DNA from: Tubiluchus corallicola
Taxonomy: Eukaryota; Animalia; Priapulida
Direction: 5' to 3'
NCBI GenBank assembly: GCA_030141605.1
Contig: JAQGDQ010000614.1
Span: 1-64,000, forward strand
Length of the DNA stretch: 64,000 nucleotides
This document shows positions 12,801 to 26,044 of this stretch, piece after piece. The translations under genes were made by a program, and so were the position numbers. The notes under the pieces are model-generated. The model was not told the DNA's origin. It did not search any database and worked only from the letters and a program-made list of their open reading frames with translations. Within the stretch, counting starts at the first letter, position 1; every line of letters starts with the position of its first letter.

Positions 12801-15800
12801 AAGAGGGGTACAGGATGGTGCATATAGTGGGAGAATCCCAGTCCTTATTGAGAGGATCCAACATTGACAAAAATATTTTACTCTCTTCCCCAGGGAGGGT
12901 GACCAAGATTCGAACAATTAGAACAAAGGTGGTAAAAGCAAATTTTTTTCGACAAAAAATATCTAGTGTAGATTTTGGATGATGGGTGATATCTTTAGAG
13001 CAATGGCCTTAATAATCCTCAATCTCTCAATGGAGGATCCAGGATGGTCACTAGGTTTGTGCAGTGGAAGAATACGAGTCAGCCCAAAGTGGTGAATTAG
13101 ATTGACCTGGCATCTACAGATATTCCAACACTGACGGAGATATTTTAGCCCATCCCTATCAATATTTGTACTTGAAAAATGTTTGACCTAGTTTGACCAA
13201 ATTGCGAATCAAATTTGGTCAAAAAGAATGACCTTTTGTCAAATATCTAGAGCTTTATGGTGTCAAACATGAGAATCAGGGGATCCACTCCCTAGGTTTT
13301 TTGTGACTGAAATTGTATAAACTATATATTTTACCATGCACAATTCATAGAATCCAGGTATTTATGCTAGTAAAGTTGCAAGTTTCTTCATTTGGAGTTA
13401 GTAGAAATTTGGCATGCATTTGTGATAGTATATTTGCTGAACAAACAGGAGATATGTAAATTCGAATGTAAAATATAATTTATAGTTTTTTTTTGAAATT
13501 CATAATTGCTAATGACACGAAGCGTAGATTTATATTCTTGTTTATTTATGTATACTGTCAACTGTAATAGCTTCACTGATTTACTGATCTAGGTAAAATC
13601 ATTTTTTGTAAATTTAAAATCAACAAAATTTTACTTCCACTCTTATTAAATTTTATTTATCAGCATATTGTATTTTTTGCAGGATTGTGATGTAGAAGGA
13701 TTAGTTGAAGAACTGTATAAAAAATTACAAGAATCACAGCAACAACAAAGTTAGTGGATAATTTTATTTTCGTTTTAAATTTTAAATGATTATTCCAATT
13801 AATCAAAAATCTGGTAATGTTCTTGCAGTTTTACAAGTCATTGCTATTCTGTTTGATTTTAGGTGAAATTTGCCGTACAGCGCAACGGTGTTCGTGTGTA
13901 CCTGCATGCAACAGTCAAAGCACTTCCGATAATAATACTCCACAAGTTTTAGCAGAAAAGTAAGACGAGTCATTTTTTCTCATTCTTTGAAGTTAATTAT
14001 AACACAGTTAATTTGTGATTCCAGTTTCTTTTGTGTTGCAATTGGTAATGTTCACTAAACTGATTTCTCACTTAATTTAGGTACTATGCAGCATTTCCTG
14101 CATTGAGAGGAAGTTCTGAACCTCAGTCTTCTCCAGGTTCGCAGAGCGACTCGTCAGTAACAGTTGTATCAGTGTGGCATAAACGTAAACTTCAGCTAAA
14201 TAAAAAAGGTTTGCTTTACTTATATTCAAATATGATTTAAATTTTTCAGAGTCTCTGCACATGGCATCATTCATTTTGTTATAAGAGTGCTAAATGTTGA
14301 CGCGATTCTGATATATGCATTACAAGTAAAGCTCCTAGGTATCATTTTAAATGAATATTAGGATTGGAGCCATAAATGTGATTTATTAAAAATTGCAGAA
14401 ATTCCTAAAATGCGTCTAATTGTCAAATCGCTATTTATGTTTATTTATATCTGTATTTGGTGTGATCTGTAAATCTGTATTTCTAATGTACTTTTGCAGC
14501 ACACTTACAAATCTTACATCCCTATTCAAACAAGCATTTAGAGTTTAAATTTTAAGTGATAGTTAAGTGACTATAAAGTATAGGCTTGAATTTGTTAAAA
14601 ACTGTTCAGTTTAGCACTTACTGATTTAATTATTTTGAGTATAGCTAATTATGCATATGAAAGAAAAGACAAACAACTTCTTGCTGTCTTTATATAAATC
14701 CTGTATCTGCTAATATTAGACATTAAGCCGACAATAAAAATACTTCTGCCTCATATTTATCGCACATCCGGCCAGGAATTTCATAATTTTTTTGGATGTT
14801 CATGTACTTATCTGGCGCAATTATGTTAAAGCGTATTTTTTTAATTTAAAATATAGAATGCAATAATTATTATAACTTCGCTGTTTCGGCGAGGAGGTAG
14901 CCATATTTTTCTACGGCTAACTTTCGGCCAGGGTTGCCATTTTGTATGCCGCGAATAATCGGATTGGAGGCTAAAAGTTATCGTATTTTACGCCAAATCA
15001 GCATATTAATAGCTGAGTAGTATTGCCGCTTAACCATAATTATTAGAACATGCGTTCATACTTTACAAAAAGAGACTACATCAGAATTAATAATTGTACA
15101 TAATTTAGTAATGCGAAACGAAAAACTAAGAAAACGAAGCATGGAAAAATGTGCATTGAAAAAAATTTAAAACATTACTGCTAACCAGTGGGGGAAATAA
15201 GCAAACTTTGATTTCAACCGATTTTAAATATTCCACAATTCAGTTTTTAACATTTTCAAAGCTTTAAAAAAAATTTTGAATTTTTTATTGTTTTCCTCCC
15301 CTCCCTACTGACTCTTTTCAACTCGTGAAGCAAGACACAAACAAATCTTTTTTTGTGGCTGGCCTTACGCAATGAGATTTAATAAATTTTTAAGTAATGC
15401 AACTGAATGTCAGGTATAGTGGTCTATCACTTCACCTCCGTTGTGACGTAAGCACACTCGGACATCATTTTGAACAGCTCTCTTTGGCAATCAAAATGAC
15501 ACCTAATGTCTAATCAGCAGATAAACTGAGTGTGCTTTTTTATACACAAAAATTTGCCGAGCGTCAATTATTTTTACAAGAAATTAAAACTTCAAGTAGT
15601 CAAAAAATCGCTTCATAATTGAAGCATGATGTATTGACAAAGGTTCAAAGAACTACAATATGTAATATTTGCAATAATAAAACAAATATAAAAAAATAAG
15701 GTTAATCTGAAATCTGTCAAAAGGTGTGCTTGCTTATCAGAATGCATGTTTATTATTTTAGATGTATTGGTGCCTTGCAAAATTTGTGAAGTTGTGTTTT

Positions 15801-18800
15801 CTAAGTGCTGCCAATTTGGGTCATATGCTTGTTAATATTTTCTGGAAACTGATTGCAACATTGTTCATTGTGCATTAGTGCAATAATGTCAGAGAAATAT
15901 AACTGATTCCTTTCTTCTTATATGTACAATACTTTCTCACAAACAGGTTCAGGGCAGGAAAACGGGCAAAGTAAAAGAAAAGGCTTTCATAATTCCATTA
16001 AACGCAGAAGACCAATTCATGATATAACCAACAAAATGCCACATTTTGTTAGCAGGTATGTTTCTGTAATTTATAAAGTTTTTTTATTTTGTTTGACAGT
16101 TGTGATTTGATGAGTAAAGCGATAATTTTTGTCTGCTTTTGTTTAGAGCGCAATCTGTTCCTCACGAAGAGCCGGAATTATTGATTAAAAAGGGCAAAAT
16201 GGCACACAGTTGGCCTGAAAAATCAAGTTATGTGCAGCCACACAGGTCTAACACAAGCAAAAGACACTCGCATTTCAAAACGGTCAACAACTTTGCCAGA
16301 CGAAATGATGCTTCACAAATTGCTTCCAAAATTCATAACAGAATTAAGCTGGTTGATGAGGAGCAGCTTGTTGAGTATACTAAGGAAGCCATGAACGTTC
16401 CCAGTACTAGAGGATCTCCAGAAATTGAACATTTCTTGAGCAAAACAGCAGGTCAAAATCCTAAAAATGGGGTAGAAAAAGTTGTCACAGAAGATGAAGC
16501 TTGGTATACTAGCCCGATACATACCATGTTTGACAGTGGTGCTGGGAATGTAAAACGTTTATATAACCGAGTCCAGAATGGTGCGATAGCTTGTGGCAGT
16601 TGTAGTGACAATAGGGTAGACAAGGAAAGTAATCCTCGGGCATCTGCTCGAAGGCTTTATCAACGTGGTAATAAAACACAGGCTGATTTTTCCATTCATG
16701 ATGGCATAGTTGATCTTGGTGATCAACGTAATCAAGCACACTTAAGTGGAATACAACTTCAAATTATTGGTAAAGAATTTGATACTGGTAAGAATATATG
16801 CAGCAATTTGCAAGTTGATGAAACTAAGAAGAGTTTTGTTGATGAAAGTGCTGCTGTAGACAGTAAAGGACTAGATTTACATGAAATGAGACAAGCATTG
16901 CTATGTCTACAGGAAGAAGATCTTACTGAAGGGATTTCTGAAATGATGCAGGATAGCTCAGGTATTCTCAATAAGAGTACCTTGTCTCCTGCTTGTATTT
17001 GGAGTCCTTCTCCATCACATTCAGTTGCACATTCATTTCTTTCCAATCTTCCTGAACTTGATGCTTTGAATGTTGAATGGAATTTTGGTGATTTCAACTT
17101 CAATTTTCTCCAAGACTTTAATTCTGATTCAGCCCTAAATGATATCATTGAAGATCATTTGCTTTTGTCTCCCAATTCTATCTTTTTAGATTGTGAAAAG
17201 ATTTTTTCACATCGCGCACTTTCACCTACGTTTAGGCAGCCATGTATAGGCACTAATCCAAAAGTTAACCTTTTTGACAAGACTGTTGGTTCTAAGAAAG
17301 CTACAGCTTGTGACCTTGGAGTTTTTTCCATTAGGACACATGAATCTGAAGAAGAACATTTTGACTTTGGTAATTTAGACCTGCATGGTTTACGTCCCTC
17401 AAGTATTCAGCATGTGTACGAAACTTTATCACAAGCATCCAATGATTTTAAGCTTTGGGACATTGATCTACAGCTACCATCAGATGAACTATGGTTACAT
17501 TTTCAATCAAAATCACCTCGTGTTTTGGAGTTTTTTCTGGATTGTGATGATCATTTTGGTGATGTTCATAAGAGCTATGATGAATTTACAGTTGTCAAGA
17601 GAGAACGAAGTTTGTCTTTGGACAGTGCTGATTTGTATGGTAGTCCTGGAAAGTGGTCAGACACTTTTAATAATCGTACGGCCAGTGGTGATCTTAGTGC
17701 GTCAGAAAAGCAGAGTTTCAGTTTGCAAAAAAATTCTGTTTTTCATAGTGAGCCAATAATTTCTCTTGCTGGTACAAGTTTTTTTAATCACAGTTATAGT
17801 GAAAGTGGATTTGTTGAAGTCAGGACACTTCCGAAATCTGTGAAGGCTACATTGTTAAAACATGAAGTCAAAAGTGTGCCTACAAAACATGCAACGAATC
17901 TCCAAGATGATGAAGATTTGTTAACTTCGCCTAAAACTCATTTTCGCCCTATTCGTCCTGATGATTTGACAATTGATTGTACTACTGGAGCAGAAGGACT
18001 TGAAGATTTGGAAGATCAATACTGGATTCCAGAAGTGAGTGTTATGAGTCGGCCATTTCCTGCCGGCTGTAAACTTCTTGGAGAAGAATTTCATACTTAC
18101 CGAGTTCCCGTGGAAGAACTAACTACAGAGGAAACTTTTGCACCAAAATTTAAGAAAGTTCATCCAGATAAATATTCTCAAACTGATTTAGATGCCGAAC
18201 ATGCATATCCTCGGCAAGAACATGATGTTGAAGTGAGCAGTTTGCTTTCTGGAACGAACAAATTTGATCTGCAATCTACAGAATCTAAAGAGAGCATTTC
18301 TAATAAGGACCACATCAGTGGAAAAGCAACACCAGAAGGGATGCCTGGTCTATTCAATAGCAGCTCATTTCTTTTTGGGCTATTACCATGTTCAGTATTG
18401 TCCAGTGAGGAGAATAGTCGCAGTCCTTCCAGAAATGTCTCTGACTTTGATAATACATCAAAACTACCAGAAAATATCAATGTGGATGCACTTGACATTT
18501 CACGAGATATTTTCTACACAGCATCACACAAATGGACTGATTTTGAAAAATCTGCTGATAGGAATGAAAACATTTGGTCAAGCGTTCCATCATCGTTAGC
18601 TAATAAAATAAGCAACTCCAATTCCGGCACTCTGCATATACCGATTAAAATAGAAAATAGAACTGAATACAAGGAATTAGAAGAGAAAAGTACTTTGAGT
18701 GCAGATGACGGGATAGACGACATTTTGGAGACTGTTACTAAAGATAGGTGGTCTCAACATGTTGTGTTTGAGAAAGATTTATTTCCTTCAAGTGATGCTA

Positions 18801-21800
18801 AAGCAGCTAACAAGAGCAACTTTGCAAATTCAGATATTTCATTAGGTCACATGAAAGATTTTTTTGTGAATGAGACAACTGATGAAAGCAATAGACTTTG
18901 GCTGAGTCCAGTTGAGGACCAGCATATTGTGGATGATGGTTGCAAAAAGGCTAGTATTTGGTCTATAGGTGATGAAGTAATTCAGCTCTCAACAGATAAT
19001 TCAGATTTTGATAAAATAGCAGAAGAAGGTGAACATGTTCTTTTTGGCTATGGGACTGATTATGGTCCTCAGGAAAGAGGAAGAGGTGAATACAGGAAAC
19101 TACAACAGTCCGGTATCTGGGATTATTGCCAAGCGAGTGAAAGCACAATCAGTGTGGATTCAAAATCGAAAAGCAACCTAAGAAATCCTAATCCAGGAGA
19201 AACATTGGAGCGTCAGTGGAGTTTGCAGGAAGTGGAATGGAAAGATTCAGGTGAGTTGGGTGGATCAGAATCATTAATGACTCGCTTTGGAAAATGGGAT
19301 CCAACTTTTGCTGTTACTGGTAGTGTAGGAAGCTCGTTTAAGAACACATGGCTGTCGGAACAAAGAATGCTTTTTGACGATAAATCTTCAGATGGGTGGC
19401 TGGATACCAATGTAGATTTAGTTGAAACTAGTAAATCCTCTCTTTGGACAAAGCAGAGCAATTGTTGTGTTGGACAGTCAATATATAGGAAAGAAGGTGT
19501 TTGGATGGAAAAGAGTCTAGCCTTCAAAGGTGGCACAGCTGGATCTAATATTTATGTAACTGGTGCTGATGATGATATATTTAAGATAGATCATCAGCCA
19601 GCAAAGTGTGAAGACGAAATGAGGTATAGCCCAAAAAATGAGGAGTTTTGTGTCGGTTCAGTTGAACAAATGAAGCGTGAACTGAAACAAGAACAAATGC
19701 AACTGATGCATGACATAGACAGTCTTCGCAATGACGAACTTAAACATAAGACTGCTGATGGCCCACTTGTTGGTGTTGGTGGTAAAGGATCATTTAATGT
19801 TCTTTTAACTACTAAAGATGATGTTGGGGTGGTATCATTTGCTAGAAAGAAGAAAGGCTATGTGCAATCTGCTTACGATGATGAAGATGAAGAGAATTTG
19901 TCTTGGGAAAGCCAAGAAGATATGGAGGTATGTATGTTTTTATATTGTTTTATATTGCAAGCTAGTATTCAGCAATTAGCAGGACTTCTTTTGTTTAATA
20001 ATCTCTGCTTAATACATTCGTTGAACTGATACTGATCAAAAATTTCTTTACTTGTCAAAGTCTTTAATTGCATTTTTTTACCTGGTTTGCAGGGCGAAGA
20101 GCTACTTGGAAGTTTAGAAGCAGTTCTGCACATACCGAAAGACAAATTAATATTTTCAACAGATCTAGAGGAAGAGTGGAAAAGCAATAGCAAATCATTT
20201 GAAGTACAGGTTCCTCGCCATCGCCAGCAGCGTACCAGTAAAGGTACTTTATTCCTCTGAGTTTTTCCATAAAACTGGCGAAATTGATAGATATTGTAGT
20301 TAGTAGCAGATCCTCCTTAAAATTGCTGAGGATTGTTGTTTTTGGTGCAAAGAATTTTCTACGAAGAGTTTGGCTGGATTCTTAACAAGTGTTATGTTAT
20401 CCTTCATGCTGGTCTATATGCACAATCACTTGTCAGAACAGATCATTTTTATATGTTTTTAGGTTATTTTATGAAAGCTGTTTTTGATATAAAAACTATT
20501 CATTTTTGTTAATCTTGCAACAGGTTTTTACAAATTGTATGTGCATTTTATACATTCTTCATTTGTTTGTTTTTTTTCGGTTTTTTACTAGATTTGTCCA
20601 AGAGGCCCTGTAGCTTCTTCTTGGAAGGTAGCTGTCGCAGAGCTGACTGCAAATTTTCCCACAATATTTCGCGCATAACTTGCAGATTTTGGGAAGAAGG
20701 GAGCTGTTTTAAAGGAATCACTTGTCCTTTTCTGCATGGTTATGTAGGGTATGTCTTTACTTTTCTCCTTCCAATATATTATTATTTAAAGCATTTTTGT
20801 GCATATGTGATAAATGCAATATAGTGTTAAAAACACTTATTTCTTATTTCACTTCCATTAAAATTGGTATATTTGCTTTTGTTTTGTTTCAAACTCTTTG
20901 ATTGACTTGTAACTTTATTTCTTTTTTCTGTCCTTATAAAAATGTGTAGTGTTGTAAAATTGTCTGCAATGCAATCATAGTAATTTTATACAATTTTGTT
21001 AATACAGTATTCGCTTTCCAATTATTTTTAGTGATGATGAGCACAGACATTCAGGATCTGGCACTCCGTCGTGCATCAACACTGAGGGGGCTGTGTTCGA
21101 GTTAGAAATGGATTCTAAATGCGATAAGGTTGTGTAGTGTTTAATACTGTCTTATCCATTTTACCATTGCTGCTTTCTACATTGGTTTGAAAAACTCGAA
21201 AAAGCACATATTATGAAAGGAAAATAACACTGATAATCCACTCCTAACTGCAAAATTTTGGAAACAATTCTTATATTAATGTTTTAATGCATGTTGACCA
21301 CATTTTTGTCAAGGTACCTGAGCATATGCAAGGCGTAGTACAGTAATTTTTAAGCATTAAGTCATCTCTCTTGTCAGTTAATAGTTATGCATTTCTCTTC
21401 TTGTCATTTGCACCTTGCCAAAAGCTCAAAAGACCAGTAAGCTGCAAGATTTTTTTCTTTTGATATTATCTTTAGATAAATAAGTTCTTTTTCCTACTGT
21501 ATTCCTATTAGCTATGTGTAGGCTGAAATTAATCTTTAGTGGTTACGCAATAGTAATTTTGATTCTCAGAAGTAAGGTTTGAATGAAATAGTGATACCTT
21601 AATGTACACAATAGAAGAAATAGCAGAAAGGGATTTGCTAACAAAACAAAAGTTTATTGTTGTTATTGTCTTATGGCATTCCATGATGAGAACTGATGAT
21701 TTTAAGAACTAGTTTTGGTGAATGCTAGTCTAGCATCTCTTTTACTGTGGCCAAAATTTTGTGTAGCCTTTACTGCTGCTATTACTGTCTCTGTATTTAC

Positions 21801-22031
21801 TTCTGTTAAATTTTCTTATTGGTTTCACAGGGGTCTTCTAGTAGTAGTAGTAGTACTCCACAAGAGGCTGAAGCAGCTGACAGGTCAGACGAGTTGCGCC
21901 AGAAATCAGAGCAGCTAAAGCTAAAAGCCAATGCCGAGAGAAAGAAACTTGGCCGATTTTCAATGAGCCGATATAAAAGTTCTAAATCTCATTCCAAGTC
22001 GGCTCCTATTGACATCCAATCCATAAAGTAA
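3849..22031 (+). CDS. KIAA0232: KIAA0232 (DUF4603)-like protein with C-terminal tandem CCCH zinc fingers, 11 coding exons, ~1699 aa
   Basis: Exons (all GT-AG, phases consistent, 5100 nt total): 3849-3974, 4732-4917, 13683-13749, 13863-13959, 14081-14208, 15947-16055, 16147-19927, 20093-20243, 20592-20748, 21032-21128, 21831-22031. Motifs matching recalled human KIAA0232: LQSWLDNELEVRGIDAVIYTRYILSLL, KKLAAIECLLSASDE, VEGLVEELYKKLQE, YYAAFPAL, AWYTSPI, SPKTHFRPI, FAPKFKK..DKYSQT. Confidence 0.85.
5070..5660. repeat. Degenerate tandem repeat, ~105-115 nt unit, 3-4 copies (probable transposon internal repeat)
   Basis: Recurring tttgacactgcca.attttggtcc...ggtcacctaaagg...acagggaat...tattgtgtaa at ~5072, 5177, 5289 and a partial copy at ~5555. 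Confidence 0.65.
7262..8029. mobile_element. Non-autonomous DNA transposon (MITE) with 15-bp perfect TIRs and a nested hAT-like fragment
   Basis: AGGTTGAGATGGTTA at 7262-7276 and TAACCATCTCAACCT at 8015-8029. The internal TTCGAA-rich block at ~7770-7858, ending catgctcactccta, resembles the end of a second element. No TSD recognised. Confidence 0.65.
9288..9890 (+). mobile_element. MITE-like interspersed repeat, copy 1
   Basis: Reverse-complement homology along its length to 14724-15367, e.g. ccactggttagcagtaatgtt and both ends (ggccggccacaaaaaaaa / tatttttattgtcggctt). Confidence 0.75.
12577..12806. repeat. Direct tandem duplication, ~117-nt unit x2
   Basis: tctgttttgctgttg...taccttgtagctaattctt...agacaaaaaagaatttta.cccctccc.caggg.gtatacaggaga at 12577 and 12694. 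Confidence 0.85.
14724..15367 (-). mobile_element. MITE-like interspersed repeat, copy 2 (inverted relative to 9288-9890)
   Basis: Begins aagccgacaataaaaata, contains aacattactgctaaccagtgg and ends tttttttgtggctggcctta. Confidence 0.75.
16147..19927 (+). CDS. KIAA0232: Giant 3781-nt coding exon of the KIAA0232-like gene (acidic, Ser-rich, probably disordered region)
   Basis: Lies inside the 1296-aa ORF 16139-20029. Acceptor tttag|AGCG at 16146/16147 and donor GAG|gtatgt at 19927/19928; phases fit the flanking exons. Confidence 0.9.
20592..20748 (+). CDS. KIAA0232: Exon encoding two tandem C3H1 (CCCH) zinc fingers of the KIAA0232-like gene
   Basis: CSFFLEGSCRRADCKFSH (C-x7-C-x4-C-x3-H) and CRFWEEGSCFKGITCPFLH (C-x7-C-x5-C-x3-H); in frame with the upstream and downstream exons. 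Confidence 0.85.
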
Positions 22032-25000
22032 TATCGATTAATATTTCTATGACCGTTCGTCATGCTGATCACTAACTCAACATGCATAATCACTCATCAT
22101 TGAACTAAACTATTTGCACTCACCTCAATTTTTGGATGGTGGGTGCCATTTGACTAACCATTGATGTGTTGGGCAGTATACTTTCATTTTTCATTGATAG
22201 AATGACTGTGCTGTGTTATGCAGCCCCACAGCAACATGTTTTAACTTCTTATTGCATTCTTGGTCATGTATATTGCTGGGCATGTGCTTATGACTGCCTT
22301 GGTGTGACTGCCTTTTAATTTTATGAAGTGGTTGCTGTGACATCCATAATACCGAATATTTGCAATGAAAATGACAGCACACAGTAAGGCAACTATGAAG
22401 AATGCTGTTTTTGTTAGTACTGATAAAACAATGTGAAGAGAATTTGCTGTTGGGTTACATAATTTCTTGTCCACAGTGTATGGTTTAGCAGTCCGTTTAT
22501 GAGTGTAGTTTACAATTCCCTAAAATAATATTTCAGAAAGTACATAAAAAATAGTAGTTTGATGGTCTTTTAAGCTGTTGTGTTTTATGACAAAATGAAT
22601 AAAAGAGCACCTTGCATAAATCAGAAAGCCTGCACTGGCTAAGTTCAACAAGATAATAGCATCTTTGTTACTTGTTAGACAGCTGTCTTTTGTAGGTTTT
22701 TACCTACTTGTGATTTTGAATTGAGTTGTTTATTTCAAATATTTATTGAAATTGAATGTCATTATATGATCACTCACAGTAGGCATTACATTAAAACAAT
22801 GTTCTATGATCTTTCCATCTTTAGCACCAACAACTGATAGATTTCAAAAAGAAGTTAAAAAATTAATCTTTTCCTTTAAGATACTTCTGTTCAAAGTCAC
22901 TGGGTTCTCAGTTTTTTTTTATAAAATGAACCTGGGGGTTGCACCTTCATAGGTAGAGTGAGCAATATTGGGAGAATGTTTGACTATTTCAGTAAGTAAT
23001 GACTAGTAAGATGGGTGTGGTGGTTATAATATGCAGCGAGTTCTTAATTTGGGATTACATACTTGAGCCTGCAGTACAAGATGGGGTTGTCTTTCTTTCA
23101 CTCACCATTTGATCACTTTTGTTTATGATGGCTTGTAACTTTCAAATTTTATGTAGTAGCCCATACACCAAAGCAAGAAATGAAAAAAATTATTGAAAGT
23201 TTTCTATTAACTGCTTCACTGGGCATACTTTGTATTGTAACTGGGAATATTTTAGGGGAAAGTTCAAGTTGCCATAGGGAATATTTAAAATAAAGGAAAG
23301 TTGCTACTGCTACAGATACTAAAACAGACCACAGATTGTGCTGTATCACTATCAATGTCATTATCAATACCTTCATCACCTCTTTTAAAAAGTAATTTTG
23401 TTTTATGTGTATAATTCAAGGCATCTTGTAATTTGTAGCATAGAGAACAAACCTCAAACACAGCAGAGTCCAGTGCACATTCAATAACAACAATTTTTTC
23501 AGCAAGTTTTGCCCACATTTTTGGCAATAGGCATTTTGTGGCCTTGTATTAACTTTTTGACGAATAGAGGACAGCACCACTGCTTATTTTCACTAGACTG
23601 ATTCATGAAGTGTGCAGTATCGTCGTTACTGGGGTACGCATTAGTTAATTTTCACATTAAGCATGATGGTACAGTTTCATTATACAGGCCAGTGGGAGTA
23701 GCATTTTCATGACTGGAGATTCTCGTCATAGAAGCAGTAAAATGGTTAATAGAAAATTGTCATTCAGTCGTTCCTGACTTACTGGCTTGATCGTTTTGTT
23801 ATTGAAAGTAGAATAATTTTTTATTCGTCTTGTACATTGACAAAATTACTAGTAAGTTTATCCTGACATTGCAAATCCCTTGATTGAAAATTATGTATAC
23901 CTGCATGAATTTAACAGAAAAGTGAGTTGTTTACCATGTTGTACACTAATCAATTATTGCTGAGTCATTGAGCAATTTATGCAGATTGCAGACTCTAGCT
24001 ATACATATTATATATCTATATATTCTAAATTTATGTATTAGAAATAATTTATTTATTAGATATATCGAGATTTATTTTCTTTCCAACTGTATTAACTAAA
24101 ACGTTCACCAAAGAAATGCTCTGTGTTTGGTTAACTACTCATTTGTTTGGGTATGTCATTCATAGGAGATTGCAAAGTGACATTTACAAGTGAATTTAGA
24201 TTTTAAAACATTCATTTGCAATGTTGCATACAGTCGACTATTAATGATATACTCTAGAAAGTGTAGGATGCTTTTTGATGATACAAAAGAGCGTACATTT
24301 ATGCTCACTAATAATAAATAGTTAATAACATGTAGATACGATGCTAATCTGATAATTTATCAGCATTATATGATATTCTATAGATTAGTAATTGAAATGA
24401 AAACTGATGTCAATGCAGATAAAATGTCTTTAGTTTGGTTGTTTAATTGGTATCATCACCGAACGTTGAACCAGCTTTTTGCATTCATCAAATGAAAGAT
24501 GAGCATCAGAACTACATACATATTGTGTACTAGCCTTCCTGTATTGCACTTTTTTGTTTTTTCAGTTGTGACTATGAAATTTTTCCTTACCTGTAGCAAT
24601 GCAGTTGGCTTTTACATTATTTGCCACATTGTGTTCCATATAAAATGAATGTCATTAATGTGTTTGATAATTTGTCTTGTATTAGGCTACGTACCACGTA
24701 TATTTTGCGCTAGCCATCTTTTTATTAAAGTTGTGTGTGCAGTGAATGTGCAATTTGTACTGTGGAAGTAGTAGTCTAAGAATTGTTTGTTTGCAGAAGT
24801 TTAATGTCCAGTTGTTTGTTACAATGATTAAAAAATCTCTAAGAAAATTATGCGATTAGCATGTGTCTGCAGTGTAGTGTTTATGTCCATTTGTTATTAA
24901 GTTCACTTAGCTATTGCTAATGTTGTTAATATCACTGTAACTTGTTAGAAGTATGCACCTATTTGTATTACATGTAGGAAAGTCGAATTATTCTTAGTGA

Positions 25001-26029
25001 AGCACATTTGCTTGGGCTGTCTTTCAGAGACTGCAGTGAAATTTACAACCGAAACGTGCACAATGTCTTGAAATAACAGCTGCAAATCTTTGTTTTTAAC
25101 ACCTATGAATTTCTGTGAGTGCACGAGAGTGACACTGTATTGTCAGTATGACTGGTGCCACATGCATTACATTGCATTTTTTTTTGTTTTTGTGTTTAAG
25201 TTTTTTCCTGCCAAGTGGCACTCGCAGCTTGTAACCTTTCCTAAGTTCTCAAATCCCATAACTTCTGGGGAAAAATGCTCCTTAATGTTGTATAAGTATG
25301 GGAGAATTTGTGCTGCAACAGTGCTGCTTTAGTCAACTATCATTTTCTTTCCTTTGAATTACACTTGTATTCCGCATTTTTGTACATTTTGTTTATTTTA
25401 TTAATGCATCTAGGTCAGGTTGCAGCATGAAGTTTTGATAGGGGTACGGTAGCTCCTAATTAATAATACAATATTTTTAGAGCATTGCCTTATGCAGTAA
25501 CAGCACAAGATATTTGTTGGCACATGTGTGCAATATTCATTAGCAGCAGCCCGTATCAATCGTCTCACGAGTACGGGTTAGATGAGCTCTGTCACCGCTG
25601 TGTATTCACAGCAACATTTGAAATGACTGTAGTCTGTGTATCCTGAAATGTTGAGAGCCACAATTATGCCGCAGGTCTGTTTTGATGTTTCGCTTTTGTG
25701 CTGTAAAATAGATTCTCGCAATTATTGTTTGCGAGAATTATGCACATGAGGTAATGTTTTAGTCTGATCTTAGGTATGTTTTACCCATTTCCTTAGTTTA
25801 ATAATGAGGAAGGGTATGTTTCTTCATTTATGTTTTGATTTCTGGGGATTGGTGCAGATTATCTGTGCAGAATTGGGAATCAGTTCCCAGCTTGCATGTG
25901 ACGCACTTGATTGTTTTTATTTGTGACATATAGAATGACTATATGAATAAGGAGTGACAGAGCTCATAGGCAATTGCTCTACAAGTTAGTGGCAGCGATT
26001 GAATTTGTTGTAATGTTCTTAAAAGTGAA

Positions 26030-26044
26030 CTTTATTCAATAAAG
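26030..26044. terminator. Back-to-back poly(A) signals (CTTTATTCAATAAAG) between the convergent KIAA0232-like and helicase genes
   Basis: AATAAA on + at 26038-26043 with a downstream GU/U-rich tract. AATAAA on - at 26036-26031 is the first canonical minus-strand hexamer I find after the helicase stop. Confidence 0.4.

Noticed and set aside
16313-19536. Antisense and alternate-frame ORFs over the giant exon (and similar ones over beta-catenin, 41551-43782)
   Set aside because: Shadow ORFs of real coding sequence with no recognisable domains.
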